Origin: Pecten maximus
Taxonomy: Eukaryota
Assembly (NCBI RefSeq): GCF_902652985.1
Contig: NC_047016.1
Coordinates: 18,538,001-18,602,000 of the forward strand
Length of the DNA stretch: 64,000 nucleotides
Direction of reading: 5' to 3'
Shown: in pieces, positions 49,001 through 59,559 of the stretch
How positions within the stretch are numbered: position 1 is the first letter of the stretch
Layout: each line of letters opens with the position of its first letter
Position numbers and translations under genes: made by a program
The notes under the pieces: generated by a model
What the model saw: only the letters and a program-made list of their open reading frames with translations
Databases searched by the model: none
What the model was told of the DNA's origin: nothing

Positions 49001-50283
49001 TCCCAATCCCGATTTTAACATGTCTAAAGACCAATATGGAGTTTCCTCGGTCATCGCCTGTGTACGGTGTCAATTCTTCAGACCCTCAGTACGAATCTGT
49101 AGGGTGCTATTCAATTCATTTTGGCTGTAACATAATTCCCAATTTGTATTGAAAGCCGCTCATTCCATTTGTCTTTTACATGGGAATATCTCTAGATGGA
49201 TGCACTAATAATCTGATTTCTCCCCTCTAGAGGACACTGGCTCGGATGACGTCACGTGATGCTATCTGTCGATCTAAGTACCTGTTTTTCTACATCTTAT
49301 CTGTCTCACTTTCCTGTCCTTACACCACACCGTGTCACTCTTATTAATTGGCACATTATATCAGAAGTAAATAACACATGTCCTTTCAACTATCCGATTG
49401 TTGATAATATTCACTGTATAACCTACTTTGCTACTGTAACGTTGCCCGAAATAATCAACATGTGTAATAGATGATGTATTTTCTCTCGTTTGATATATCA
49501 TATAAAGCTGTGCATTTATACTTTATTTTTTATTAGCTCCAATCTTCATCATCCTAAACGTATACTCTGGATCATTAGTATTAGTACTAGAATCGCTTTT
49601 CAATTTTGTTATACAATGGTGCCACTACCGAGCTGTATATTGTACCAAACAGAGCTCACCTCAGTGATTGGCATGCTGTGTACCATTGTGTGTGCCTCAC
49701 AAAATGTTCCCAATACTTAAAGTCACTCCAAGCTCACAATGCACGTGTGCTATACAGTATACAATGCTATGATAACAGTTCTATTGCGTGTTAAAACAAT
49801 CTCATCTTCTCGTATTCTTTCCTTTGGTCTTACTGACCTTGTCTAATTAACCTTGAACCTAATGAAATTTTATCCGTACTAAAAAAAAAGGGACATTTCA
49901 TATTTGCTGATATTAATAACACATTTTCTCTTCCCAATTTGTTAAATCAAAATGCCCTTATATGGAAAATACTAGAAATGCATCGTCGTAGTAAATGCGT
50001 CTAGTCAGCCCTTACTCGCAACATACATTGTCGCTCTTGACTGATTGTGTCTAGTGAACATTGTAAATAAAAGATGCTATTTTTTTATGCCGATTGGGGA
50101 TTTGTAATATGTGATATGCTGTTGTCTTTTATTGATACTATGTTTTCTTTGTTTACAGGACACAAGAAAAAAGTGCGTGACGTAGAGATACCGGATGTGA
50201 CGTATCCTATCAGAATAAACGACCCCAGTCGAGAGCGGATATTCTGGTTGTCCCCTAACGATGTACCACAATCAACCGTGTGA
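28087..50283 (+). CDS. Uncharacterised single-pass membrane protein, ~354 aa, with C-terminal class I PDZ-binding motif (QSTV)
   Basis: Exons 28087-28435 (tag|GTAAG), 33861-34451 (ttcttttcag; g|GTGAGT) and 50159-50283 (tttgtttacag) join phase 1 to phase 1 into a 1065-nt frame. N-terminal hydrophobic helix FLYWIPSLFIVLTMILVLCASFW followed by RFHRKK. Exons are GC-richer than flanks. Extra internal exons cannot be excluded. Confidence 0.75.
29395..29630 (-). mobile_element. Degenerate Meta-domain-like SINE fragment
   Basis: Minus strand reads ctagttcgcccattgtcagtatcatgtgaccgg...cttcactgaggcagcactt (Meta-core-like). Its 3' tail aaatgaccttagatgttgaaaggacgttaaa matches the tail of the SINE at 7667. 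Confidence 0.6.
30040..30530. repeat. Degenerate ~20-bp tandem repeat (agatatcaaacattgtaggt)
   Basis: gatatca recurs about every 20 bp. Confidence 0.8.
34520..35215. repeat. 39-bp minisatellite (ttaatcagtgtgttacctgtatctgacctagttattttg), about 17 copies
   Basis: Direct periodicity, starting ~70 bp after the exon donor at 34452. Confidence 0.95.
36370..36515. repeat. 47-bp tandem repeat, 3 copies
   Basis: gttactgcctccaattcaca...aatacaaag starts at 36370, 36417 and 36464. Confidence 0.9.
36700..36965. repeat. Degenerate ~55-bp tandem repeat, about 5 copies
   Basis: Recurrent tagttgag..ttcgctcctgt..tggag..c.ttggg..tgtcccctggc. Confidence 0.7.
37990..40280. repeat. 62-bp satellite built from two related 31-bp halves, about 36 copies
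   Basis: tattgacgttatggtatgttatgattttgag and tgttgacgatgtggtatattgtggtacggag alternate strictly. Confidence 0.97.
41046..41562. mobile_element. MITE-like element with ~75-bp terminal inverted repeats
   Basis: 41046-41120 (tgttacatggctacgtttac...cgttcaggtga) is the reverse complement of 41487-41562 with about 5 mismatches; non-coding interior. Confidence 0.8.
42784..42954. repeat. 171-bp near-perfect palindrome (foldback element)
   Basis: ~67-bp arms with 3 transitions, plus an inner 9-bp stem atgtcgccc/gggcgacat. Confidence 0.9.
44206..48511 (+). mobile_element. 5'-truncated L1/Tx1-clade non-LTR retrotransposon with poly(A) tail and 14-bp TSD
   Basis: TSD aagatatgagaata at 44192-44205 and 48512-48525; A-rich tail 48484-48513; ORF2 followed by an ~700-bp 3' UTR. 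Confidence 0.95.
44219..47772 (+). pseudogene. LINE ORF2 (partial APE endonuclease, reverse transcriptase, CCHC zinc knuckle) with two +1 frameshifts
   Basis: VYGPN, GDFN, SRLDFF, SDH (APE); KSPGSDG, NWRPITLLN, DYEKAFD, GCRQGDP, QYADD (RT); CNFC...HLFWEC. Frameshifts at A7 (~45856-45862) and T7 (~46964-46970); no other in-frame stops. Confidence 0.93.
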
Positions 50284-50529
50284 TTTCATTCAGATAGCTT
50301 CATGTCTGGGTGAAACTCATACTAAATACATGGTGTTGTTAAAAAAATGTACTTGACATACAATGATACCGTATACGTGTATACGACAAACTATTCAGCA
50401 TTCCCTTGGGTATTATCAAGTCTTAGCTTTATAGAATTTATCCAAGGAAGCAGTTTGATATTGTTTGAAATAAAGAGTTTTGTATATTTATGTAAGGGTA
50501 TGTGATGCTAGGAATGTTTCACTTCACCT

Positions 50530-50745
50530 GGTGATTCACGTTATGACGTGTTTCACGTTTCATCATGTTTTCTCATGGCGTCCTGATTCACATTACGACG
50601 TGTTACGTTATGTTTTTTCATGGCGTCCTGATTCACATAACGGCGTGTTTCACGTTACGTCATGTTTTCTCATGGCGTCCTGATTCACATTACGACGTGT
50701 TACGTCATGTTTTCTCATGGCGTCCTGATTCACATTACGTCCCAT
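50530..50745. repeat. ~45-50-bp tandem repeat, 4 copies (catgttttctcatggcgtcctgattcacattacgacgtgtta)
   Basis: Direct repeats just downstream of the orphan gene's stop codon. Confidence 0.9.
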
Positions 50746-53453
50746 CACATTACATTCTCGCTTGTCGTGTCGTATCATCTCTCTTCTCTCTCTAGTCTGA
50801 CTACATGTACCTCACAACAGGTCACTGTGTAATGATACACGTGGTTCCCGTGACATGAACTGATCGACGAGTCCTATCCTAACTCTACGGAATCCCTTGA
50901 GGGACAAGTTTACTGGTGTGTAAACTGCATTTTTACAGACATTTCAAACATCGCCCGCTGAAATATCTGGGTATTTTTTCATCGTTATATTTTAGTTAAT
51001 TCTACCATATTCAATTGATATTCTATTGGGAAAAAGTCAAAGGAGAAACGAAAAATAGTCATTGCGCATTCACACTACTTGCGCATGTGTACACCGGTCC
51101 GGCTATGAACATTTGCAGTGTATTCCTACGCGTCAAATTTGATGTTTACACACTCGTAAACGATGTTTTCGTCAGTAAGGTTATATATAACGAACACACA
51201 CCGGAAATGCAAATATTTCTAATTGAGCAGCTAGGCAAGTTCTGTTCAGTAAAATGTTCACTTTTTAATCAAGTAATCGTGTCAACTTTCCAAAATTTTA
51301 ATACGTATCATGTATATTCGTCTGCGCTGAAGCCGTCCATTTTGCCGGAAAGCCTTACCACTTTTTGTAATATTTTCCAAATAACAAATAAGTTGTAATA
51401 ATAAATAACAATTTGGAATAACAATTAAGTGGTAACTGAAAATGTACCTCAACGACTTCCGTAACACTCTGAACTAATCTATATCTACACTCTTGTCCTA
51501 CGGGCTTGTATCCTGGACTAGCCTTTAGGCCATTGTAAACTCCACTTTGGTACCGGTGCACTAAAATTTGGCACCCGATCGATGACGTCATGTCCAAGAT
51601 TCTAACACATTTATATCATTGTCTTCTCTCTTCACCAGACTGCAGAACGTTCGGAAGAAGACTATAATTAGAACTTAAAATCGATATATAAATATGGCAA
51701 GGATAGCAAAGGAACGTGAATCTCTACATGAAGCAAACCACCTACAGTGTATATGTATATAATTCATTGACGCTGTATGTAATTTACATCTACAAAAATA
51801 TTTAAGTGAGATCCAACGTAAACAAGTTGAGAATGCATCAGGTGTAAAATAGTTCCGAATGCGCTTGTACGATCTGTCTTCATCCTGTGCTGTGTATTTG
51901 TCCATTGTCTGTCGATATATACTATAGATAAAATATTCCAACCTCGCCTTCGAATTCCAAATAATATACGAAACAATGAACGATTCTGAAAGGGTCAATG
52001 TTTATATAAAAGTTTATAATGGAAAAAACACGAACATCTAAACCGTCCTTGATGGTCATACTACTAGTATATTTAAGATGGAGTATGTGTGTCTGTTCAG
52101 GGCGATATATACAATCTACATATTCGCTTTATTGTATCCAAAGATTAGATTAAGCATATGCATACTGAAAGTTTCCTTTAATTCCTTTTATTACAAAGAC
52201 TACATTTCTTTAATGACAACTTTCTGAAACATTAAGGTATGACATTCGGCAAGAAAAGTGCTGGCACCTACGTTACAGACATCCTTTGTCCGAAAATACA
52301 CGCCATTGACATGTAAAACAGGAAAACATTAAATAAAATATTTTATTTTACACATTTCTAGTTTTGCTTTTATCTGTTTACCACGATGCAGTCAACCTAC
52401 ATTGAAGAACGAGTGGAAGATATGATCATACAATATGTCGTCCAGTATCAACAATACGGTAGCTATCACGTCAAGTATCAATATACTTTCGAATTGGATC
52501 GTAACATTTGCATTGAAAAGTTTTCTTAAAAACCTGTTTAAAAACTTGTGATAGGACCAGTCCAAACTAAGACTTAAGACTCTTTCATGATCTCTGAGCC
52601 AGGTTTTCCATGGAATTCTTAATTACAACTGATCATTTTCTTTACTTATGTGTTTTTAAGAGTTTGGATCTTCATTGGAATCCACACAATTCCAAATTTG
52701 ATATAAAACTAGCATTTGTGGGAAGTGATATTGTATCGCCAGGTGAGTTATATACATGTATCGATATCGATCATCAATTAGAATTGATAACATGGAATAA
52801 CAATAACACAACTATATGTATACAATTGTTTTATTACAGCAGATCTCAGTATAGCAGGTAGTTACGATAATTATTGAAAGCGCTAAGGGTTATTTAAATA
52901 TTCTTACTTGTAATTCTAGTGAAGACCATCTGAGGGTATTCATTTCTCTCACGTCAGTCCTTTTTACAATAAAACATTGTCTCGTAAGTTTCTATTTTGA
53001 AAAAGACAAGACGATAGAATACAAGATAAATTCAAACAGTTTTCGCTATTAAATCAAATTTCAAACATATCTTGAAAACCTACCAGTGGTGTTTTCAGAG
53101 AGGTTTTCAAATGAAACATGAAATAATTTAATAGGCAAAAGAGTATGTGTATTTTAGTTCCTGGGTGGATATGATTAGTGATCCGTGTACACAACATAAA
53201 GAGGTGTAATAGTGGTCGGTTAGTGATGATATCTATATGTGTTAAAGAGATACCAACACGAAACCATCACATCATAACATTAAATCATTACCTTGTTCGG
53301 TTATTGGACGAGAAAATGAAGTTAGATTAATAACTATACTAGATATTAAAAGACTCCCCAAAACATTCATCTGAAATGATTTTCTTATCTGTAACTTTCC
53401 TGTTCGGATTCCCGTAACAAATGACGTGACTCACATCCGTTACATGTGTGTCG

Positions 53454-56400
53454 TTATGAAGCCGAGGCTTCTTTAATAGCTCCTCCCACCCTTAACAGAA
53501 CCAGGAACATTACAGACACCACACATGTAACAAAGAAAAACACTACAAACAAAAACCAGTCAAAGATGGCCGCTATCTCCGTCCAAGAGTAGTCTGAACA
53601 AACTTCCTCGGAGCTCCCTGCCTCGTTCTGAGCTGTGTCCACTGCATTGGATTCTTTGTTTATCTCCTCAACCCGATCATTGCGTCTTTTACAACAACCT
53701 CCTCCTCTGCAGCATCCTCTGCAGCATCCTCTCCAGCATCCTATCCTGACAAACACTCCTTTCGTAATGGCCTGTAGGAAGGCAGGTACTGGTTCTGCGG
53801 GGTCCTTATGGTGCAAACGGAGAACCACTACCGACAATCCCACAGCTAGTACCCCCATTATCAAGGTAAATGCTAGGTACACGGCTGTAAGACAAGATGA
53901 TTCATCACAAATTACACTCAAAATATAAGGAATAATCAATACACTAACAAGGCAGTAAACCTAAAACGTCATCAGGTAAAACTGAAAACATCATCAGGTA
54001 AAATTTAAAACGTCATCAGGTAATAATTAAAACGTCATCAGGTAATACTTATAACGTCACGAGGTAATACTTAAAACGTCATGAGATAAATCTGAAAACA
54101 TCATCAGGTAAAGCTTAAAACGTCACGAGGTAATAATCAAAACGTCATCAGGTAATACTAAAAACGTCATGAGATAAATCTGAAAACATCATCAGGTGAA
54201 GCTTAAAACGTCACGGAAGCAACACATTGATCACACGGATGTATTCTCCTAGTGCAGGCAAGTTCTTAATGATATACCATCATTGAGTAGTTTTTATCAA
54301 TAATTGTATACATCAATACTCAGGAAATAATTAAACATTGTAACATACATATAATAGTGTACTTACACATAATGGATACATTAAGTGACGTGTTTGGCAT
54401 GCTGTCCGCTATAAGAGTAAGGAGCACAGCTAAGGCCAGTAACACTGTCAGTGCGTACGACACCTTCTCGCCGGAGTCCACCGGAAGTACGAAGACGAGG
54501 ACAATGAGAAAGGAAGTTAGTACTACCGGAAGTACGACGTTTGTCATGTAGAAATCGTAACGCCTTGTGAGTACAATAATGAATTTCAGGAGCGAGAAAG
54601 TTTCCACGACGCCATTCACTGTCGTCTCCTGAATGGAAGACGTTTCTATTCTGGAATTTGTGAATGTCCATTCGCCATTCTCTCTGTACATAAAAAGATA
54701 AAACAATTTACGTTCAGTTAATGAGAGACCAGGTCTCTTGTGACGGCATATTGTTGACAATCTTAAGACAGTGATCAAGTACGAATTGTATAGAATTTAT
54801 TTCTCAATTGCATATTAAGATTCCTGCAATGTTTAACCAATCTGGATATGTTTCACTGTATGTTTGATATTTAAAACTGTTTAGCGGAGAGGAAAGGAGC
54901 AACATTAGTCTGGTATGATGATATCTGAATATCACAAATCAGTTGACATCTCTAATTAGTTGTGAAGTTGTTTGACACTTCTTTGATGAATGGTGAAGAT
55001 GTTCGTTATACATAATTGATTAACTGGTTAAGATGTTCGACATATCTCTAATGGCATATCAAATATCATTTTGGAAGTTGTTCGACATATAACTGATAAT
55101 TGGTTAAGTTGATCGACATACCAAATATCATTTGAAAAGTAATTCGACATATGTCAGATCTGTAATGAAATTCATCAACATATCAAACTTTTCCTAATGT
55201 TTTGCAATTTTCTATTGCAGAATTGGAACAAAACACCGCACCTGGTGAATTAAAACTTACCCAAGATCTTCGGTGTTCACTTTATCCCGCAAGTGGGTGA
55301 GTACCAGCTCCGCTTGAGTGTACGCCCAGCTGGTGACATCGATGGCACACTCCTGGGTATCAAAAGGGTAGTACGTAGTATCTATGGTACATGACGTAAC
55401 AAAGATTTGGGGCATTTCCCAGTCTACCCTGCCAGTCTCAGTCACCCGGAACAGCAGATTGTCATCTTGTAGTATCGAAACATCGTCCACACTAAAACAA
55501 AAGTCAACGACTAGACACAATTGTACAGCCCGTATAAGTCTACAGTGTATTAACCACAAAAATAAACTACATCAGTCACTGTACAGTGTACTAACCACAA
55601 AAATAAACCACATCAGTCACTGTACAGTGTAATAACCACAAAAATAAACCACATCAGTCACTGTACAGTTTACTAACCACAAAAATAAACTACATCAGTC
55701 ACTGTACAGTGTACTAACCACAAAAATAAACTACATCAGTCACTGTACAGCGTACTTACAACAAAAATAAACTACATCAGTCACTGTACAGTGTACTAAC
55801 CACAAAAATAAACTACATCCGTTACTGTACAGTGTACTAACCACGAGAATCAACTACATCAGTCACTGTACAGTGTACTAACCACAAAAATAAACTACAT
55901 CCGTTACTGTACAGTGTACTAACCACGAGAATCAACTACATCAGTCACTGTACAGTGTACTAACCACAAAAATAAACTACATCAGTCACTGTACAGTGTA
56001 CTAACCACAAAAATAAACTACATCAGTCACTGTACAGTGTACTAACCACAAAAAATAAACTACATCAGTCACTGTACAGTGTACTAACCACGAGAATCAA
56101 CTACATCAGTCACTCTACTTACAACGTCCAACCACGAAAATAATATAATATACAACTAGGAAATAGACCAAAACAAAGAAATAGAAGGCATGGTTGGTTT
56201 GTTTGTTTGTTTATATATTTGTTTGTTTTATTGCTTGTTTGCGTGCTATTTTGTTTATTTATTTTCGTGCACTTTTGTGTTTGTCTGTTTAATTGTTTGT
56301 TTGTATTAGTACCAAGCTATCTGAGTGTTGTTTGTTATTCCCTTGTGACACCTTCACTGGTAACTCCCTAAGGTAATACTTACGAATTGTCAATGAACAG

Positions 56401-59136
56401 TTCAGGTTTCCATATTTCCTTGTCTAACGCATATATATGATCCACGTTGCCTTCACTGGCAGGGGTCCATATTATTCGACTATCCTCCCACTCCTGTTAA
56501 CCAATACTTTTAAGAATATATTAAGAACGTAAAATAGAAATATTCAGCGTGTTCTGTTTGGAACTAGCCCATGTACATAATTTTTATAATGATGCTTGCA
56601 TCATACAGGTAATATACATACTGATGACTATGACTCGTCCTGTCCAAAAGTATACATAGGTATATATACCTACCACAGTAAGCCATCCCGTCACAGACAT
56701 GCTTTGGTCCACCATGCTCTGAGAGAGAAAAAAAAGATCAAACTTTGTTTTACTTGCTTGTTGCTTTTATAAGGAAAGTGTAAAACGAGTTTTAATTCTA
56801 GTAAGAGGATACATTTATTTGAACGTAATGTTTGCAGTGTTCCCATGTGAAAATAGACACCTTGGATTCCATATGGAGTTGAAAAACAAATACACACTAT
56901 AACGTCATTATGGGCAATTAGTATTGATTATAACACTGCAGTCCGGATTGTAGGTATTGTCGTGGTTAGAGATGAATAACAGCCGTTTGTTTCGCTATTC
57001 TAGTAAGTTTTTATTAGTTTTAGTTGTACAATGCGTATGCTTTAATGATTTTTTTTTAACTAGAGGCAGCTCGTATCATTACAGGCCTTAGACGGCGAAC
57101 GACCCATATGTAACTCTTAGTAAAAGAAGACATCTGCATTAAATGTTCTTCGAAATTGTTCACAACAAAAGCCCCTCTCGTGCTTATGACTGAAGTCATC
57201 CCCTCGTTGCTGACTCGTTTTCACGCTGACTTTAATAAAGAATACAAAGTGACAACAATTATTATTTATTTATTGACAATGATTGCTTACTGTTCATCAA
57301 CCCTTTCCAATTACATGATCTACCAGTTGACGGGTATCGGTGACGTTGTCATTCATAAGTATATCTGATATATGCTTGAAAACAACATATATATGACATA
57401 TTTGCTGGTTTTGTCTTTTTAAAAATGGGTTGTTTTACTTCCATTTAGGAAACACCAATCTTGATATGACGTAAAAATTCTAGCACCTATATATATATAT
57501 ATATATATTCAAGATCGGAAGGAATCGTCTTAAAACATTTCGAAAGAGTCCCATTGCTTGTGATGTACGAAGGGAAGGAACTCGCCAAACATTTGTCATT
57601 GGAGGAGGATGGGGGGGGTAACTCATCAGACTTTGCGACTGTTTAAACACATGAGCATTTCAGAATATGTTATTGCTCATACCTTAGACACAATAGAAAT
57701 TGGGCAACAGACAAAGCTTCCGAAAGCCCTCTCTTCACAGTCATAACGATCGACTTAAACAGCAAATTATTGAATTATAGGTTAGATATATACATTGTAT
57801 GTAATATGATCATAGATATTACAGATATATGTCACCTGATTGATCATAGCTAGGTGAACTGCACTTATAAATTGTCCATTCACTGTTGTGTGCAGTTGTC
57901 ATGTCAGACAAACGAACAAACAAGACAGCTAAATGTTTGTGAACTTATCAGAAATAAATATGATGGATGTGTTACATTAATACCGTTGAATAGGAAAATC
58001 TATAGCCTGTAATAAATCTCTGAGTCATATTTAATTCTAACATAAGTTTTAACAAGAAAAACTAGAGTTGTTTTATTACGTTCTTGATTAAAGGACATTA
58101 AACGAACGAAGAGGAGGGGTGACGTTACAGATAACGAGGGGATGACTTCAGTCATAAGCACGAGAGGGGCTTTATTGTGAACAATTTCCCAAGAACATTT
58201 AATGCAGATGTCTTCTTTTACTAAGAGTTACATATGGGTCGTTCGCCGTCTAAGGCCTGTAATGATACGAGCTGCCTCTAGTTGGAGCGACTCCTCTCTG
58301 AACAATTTGCTCAACACTATTCGCGTACTCTAGTGTTAGTCGGCAAACAAATATATGCATAATCGCAAGGAATTTAATGCCTGTTTTCATTCTGAGAATG
58401 TGAATTATCTTCTTCTTTTTTCTTATTTTTTTATTATAATTTTTTGTTTGTTTGTTTTTTGTTTTTGTTTTTGTTTTGTTTTTCATAAATATAATTGATA
58501 TAATTTAACCAATTTGTATGACTGTGGAAAAGTCATCCCAAACGCATGTGCCTGAAAACATTAGTGAAAGAAAAACAGTAGAATCCTTTGGTAAGAAGCC
58601 CGATTGTTTTAGTAACAATACTATTGGGACTTGAAAGGTAACATGTATTTACAAACATTTTTTCAGACAGTTTGCTAAAGACAGAAAAAAACATTAATTG
58701 GTCTAAAAGTAGATTAATCACTTCCTTTACCCTTTACAAGAGATGGTTGTAACTTTTGATGACTTCCGGATTTCCGATACACCTTAATTCCTAATTGATC
58801 TAAATTAGATTTTATTTTTGAGTTATATAGTTATTGCATTCTTAACAGCACATTGATACTATAAATGGCGTTAGGGCCAACAAATTGGGCACAAAACGAA
58901 ACAACTTCAAACAAAGGAAAAATAAGTAATCTCTTTTTAAACTCACAACATCGTTGATGGATATGAGACTGATTCCAACTTTAACAGTCATGACGTCAGC
59001 GGGTCGTACCAATCTGTCATATGAAGCAGCGGCGAACTTTGTACTTCGGATACTCAGTTCATTGGCTGCTGACCATCCTTCCACGTTGATTACTACAAAT
59101 AAAACAGAGCAAACAATGAATAAACTCAATATTCAT
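53454..59136 (-). CDS. Cys-loop ligand-gated ion channel, nicotinic acetylcholine receptor-like non-alpha subunit, ~440 aa
   Basis: Minus-strand exons 59136-58947, 56718-56674 (45 nt), 56493-56384 (110 nt), 55491-55261, 54683-54367, 53884-53454, with GT-AG and matching phases. Signal peptide, YDRLVRP, IWKPELFIDNS, Cys-loop CTIDTTYYPFDTQEC, SWAY, ENGEW, M1-DSGEKVS-M2, M3, M4. The nearest ATG (59136) is 1 nt out of frame. Confidence 0.92.
53960..54215. repeat. ~21-22-bp tandem repeat (aaaacgtcatcaggtaatact) in nAChR intron 5
   Basis: About 12 imperfect copies. Confidence 0.85.
55540..56130. repeat. 41-bp minisatellite (actacatcagtcactgtacagtgtactaaccacaaaaataa), about 14 copies, filling most of nAChR intron 3
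   Basis: Direct periodicity. Confidence 0.95.
57058..58283. repeat. ~150-bp inverted repeat pair (57058-57208 and 58133-58283) in nAChR intron 1
   Basis: aactagaggcagctcgtatc...catcccctcgtt and its reverse complement, with only about 3-4 differences. Confidence 0.93.
58090..58720 (-). mobile_element. Decayed CR1-type LINE ORF2 C-terminal fragment
   Basis: Minus-strand remnants in shifting frames: FVCRLTLEYA (cf. FVRPxLEYA), ESLQLEAARIITGLRR, LSKRRHLH, IVHNKAP. Confidence 0.7.
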
Positions 59137-59559
59137 TACACGTGTAATATAGCTAATTATAGATCGTCAGCGGAAACATCTCTTATGCCCGATATACATG
59201 AGAGACGAGAAAAGAAAAACAGCTTTATAAATGAAAAATTATCAATAAATATCGTACTGCTTTTCCATTTTCTGTAGTTATGAGTTTCCTTTTAAGTTCG
59301 TCTGTTGTCAAATCAATCTGGATTGGAGGAGTGTTAACAGTCTTGTAGTGGTATCACACTTCGAGGTGAGGTTTGTTGTGGTCCAATATTAATTGTGACA
59401 GCCATATGACATCAATTAAGGTCGAACACAGTTTTAATCGGGTATAACACGGGCATAACACGAATATAACACGATTTAGAACGTAAACTCAGTTCTACGT
59501 GATAATCACAATGATTCTGCATTAAATCGAAAAACAACAGCATGTTACACATGTAACGC

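Noticed and set aside
51000-52000. ORFs of 127 and 107 aa between the convergent genes
   Set aside because: No recognisable motifs or splice support; likely non-coding or TE-derived.
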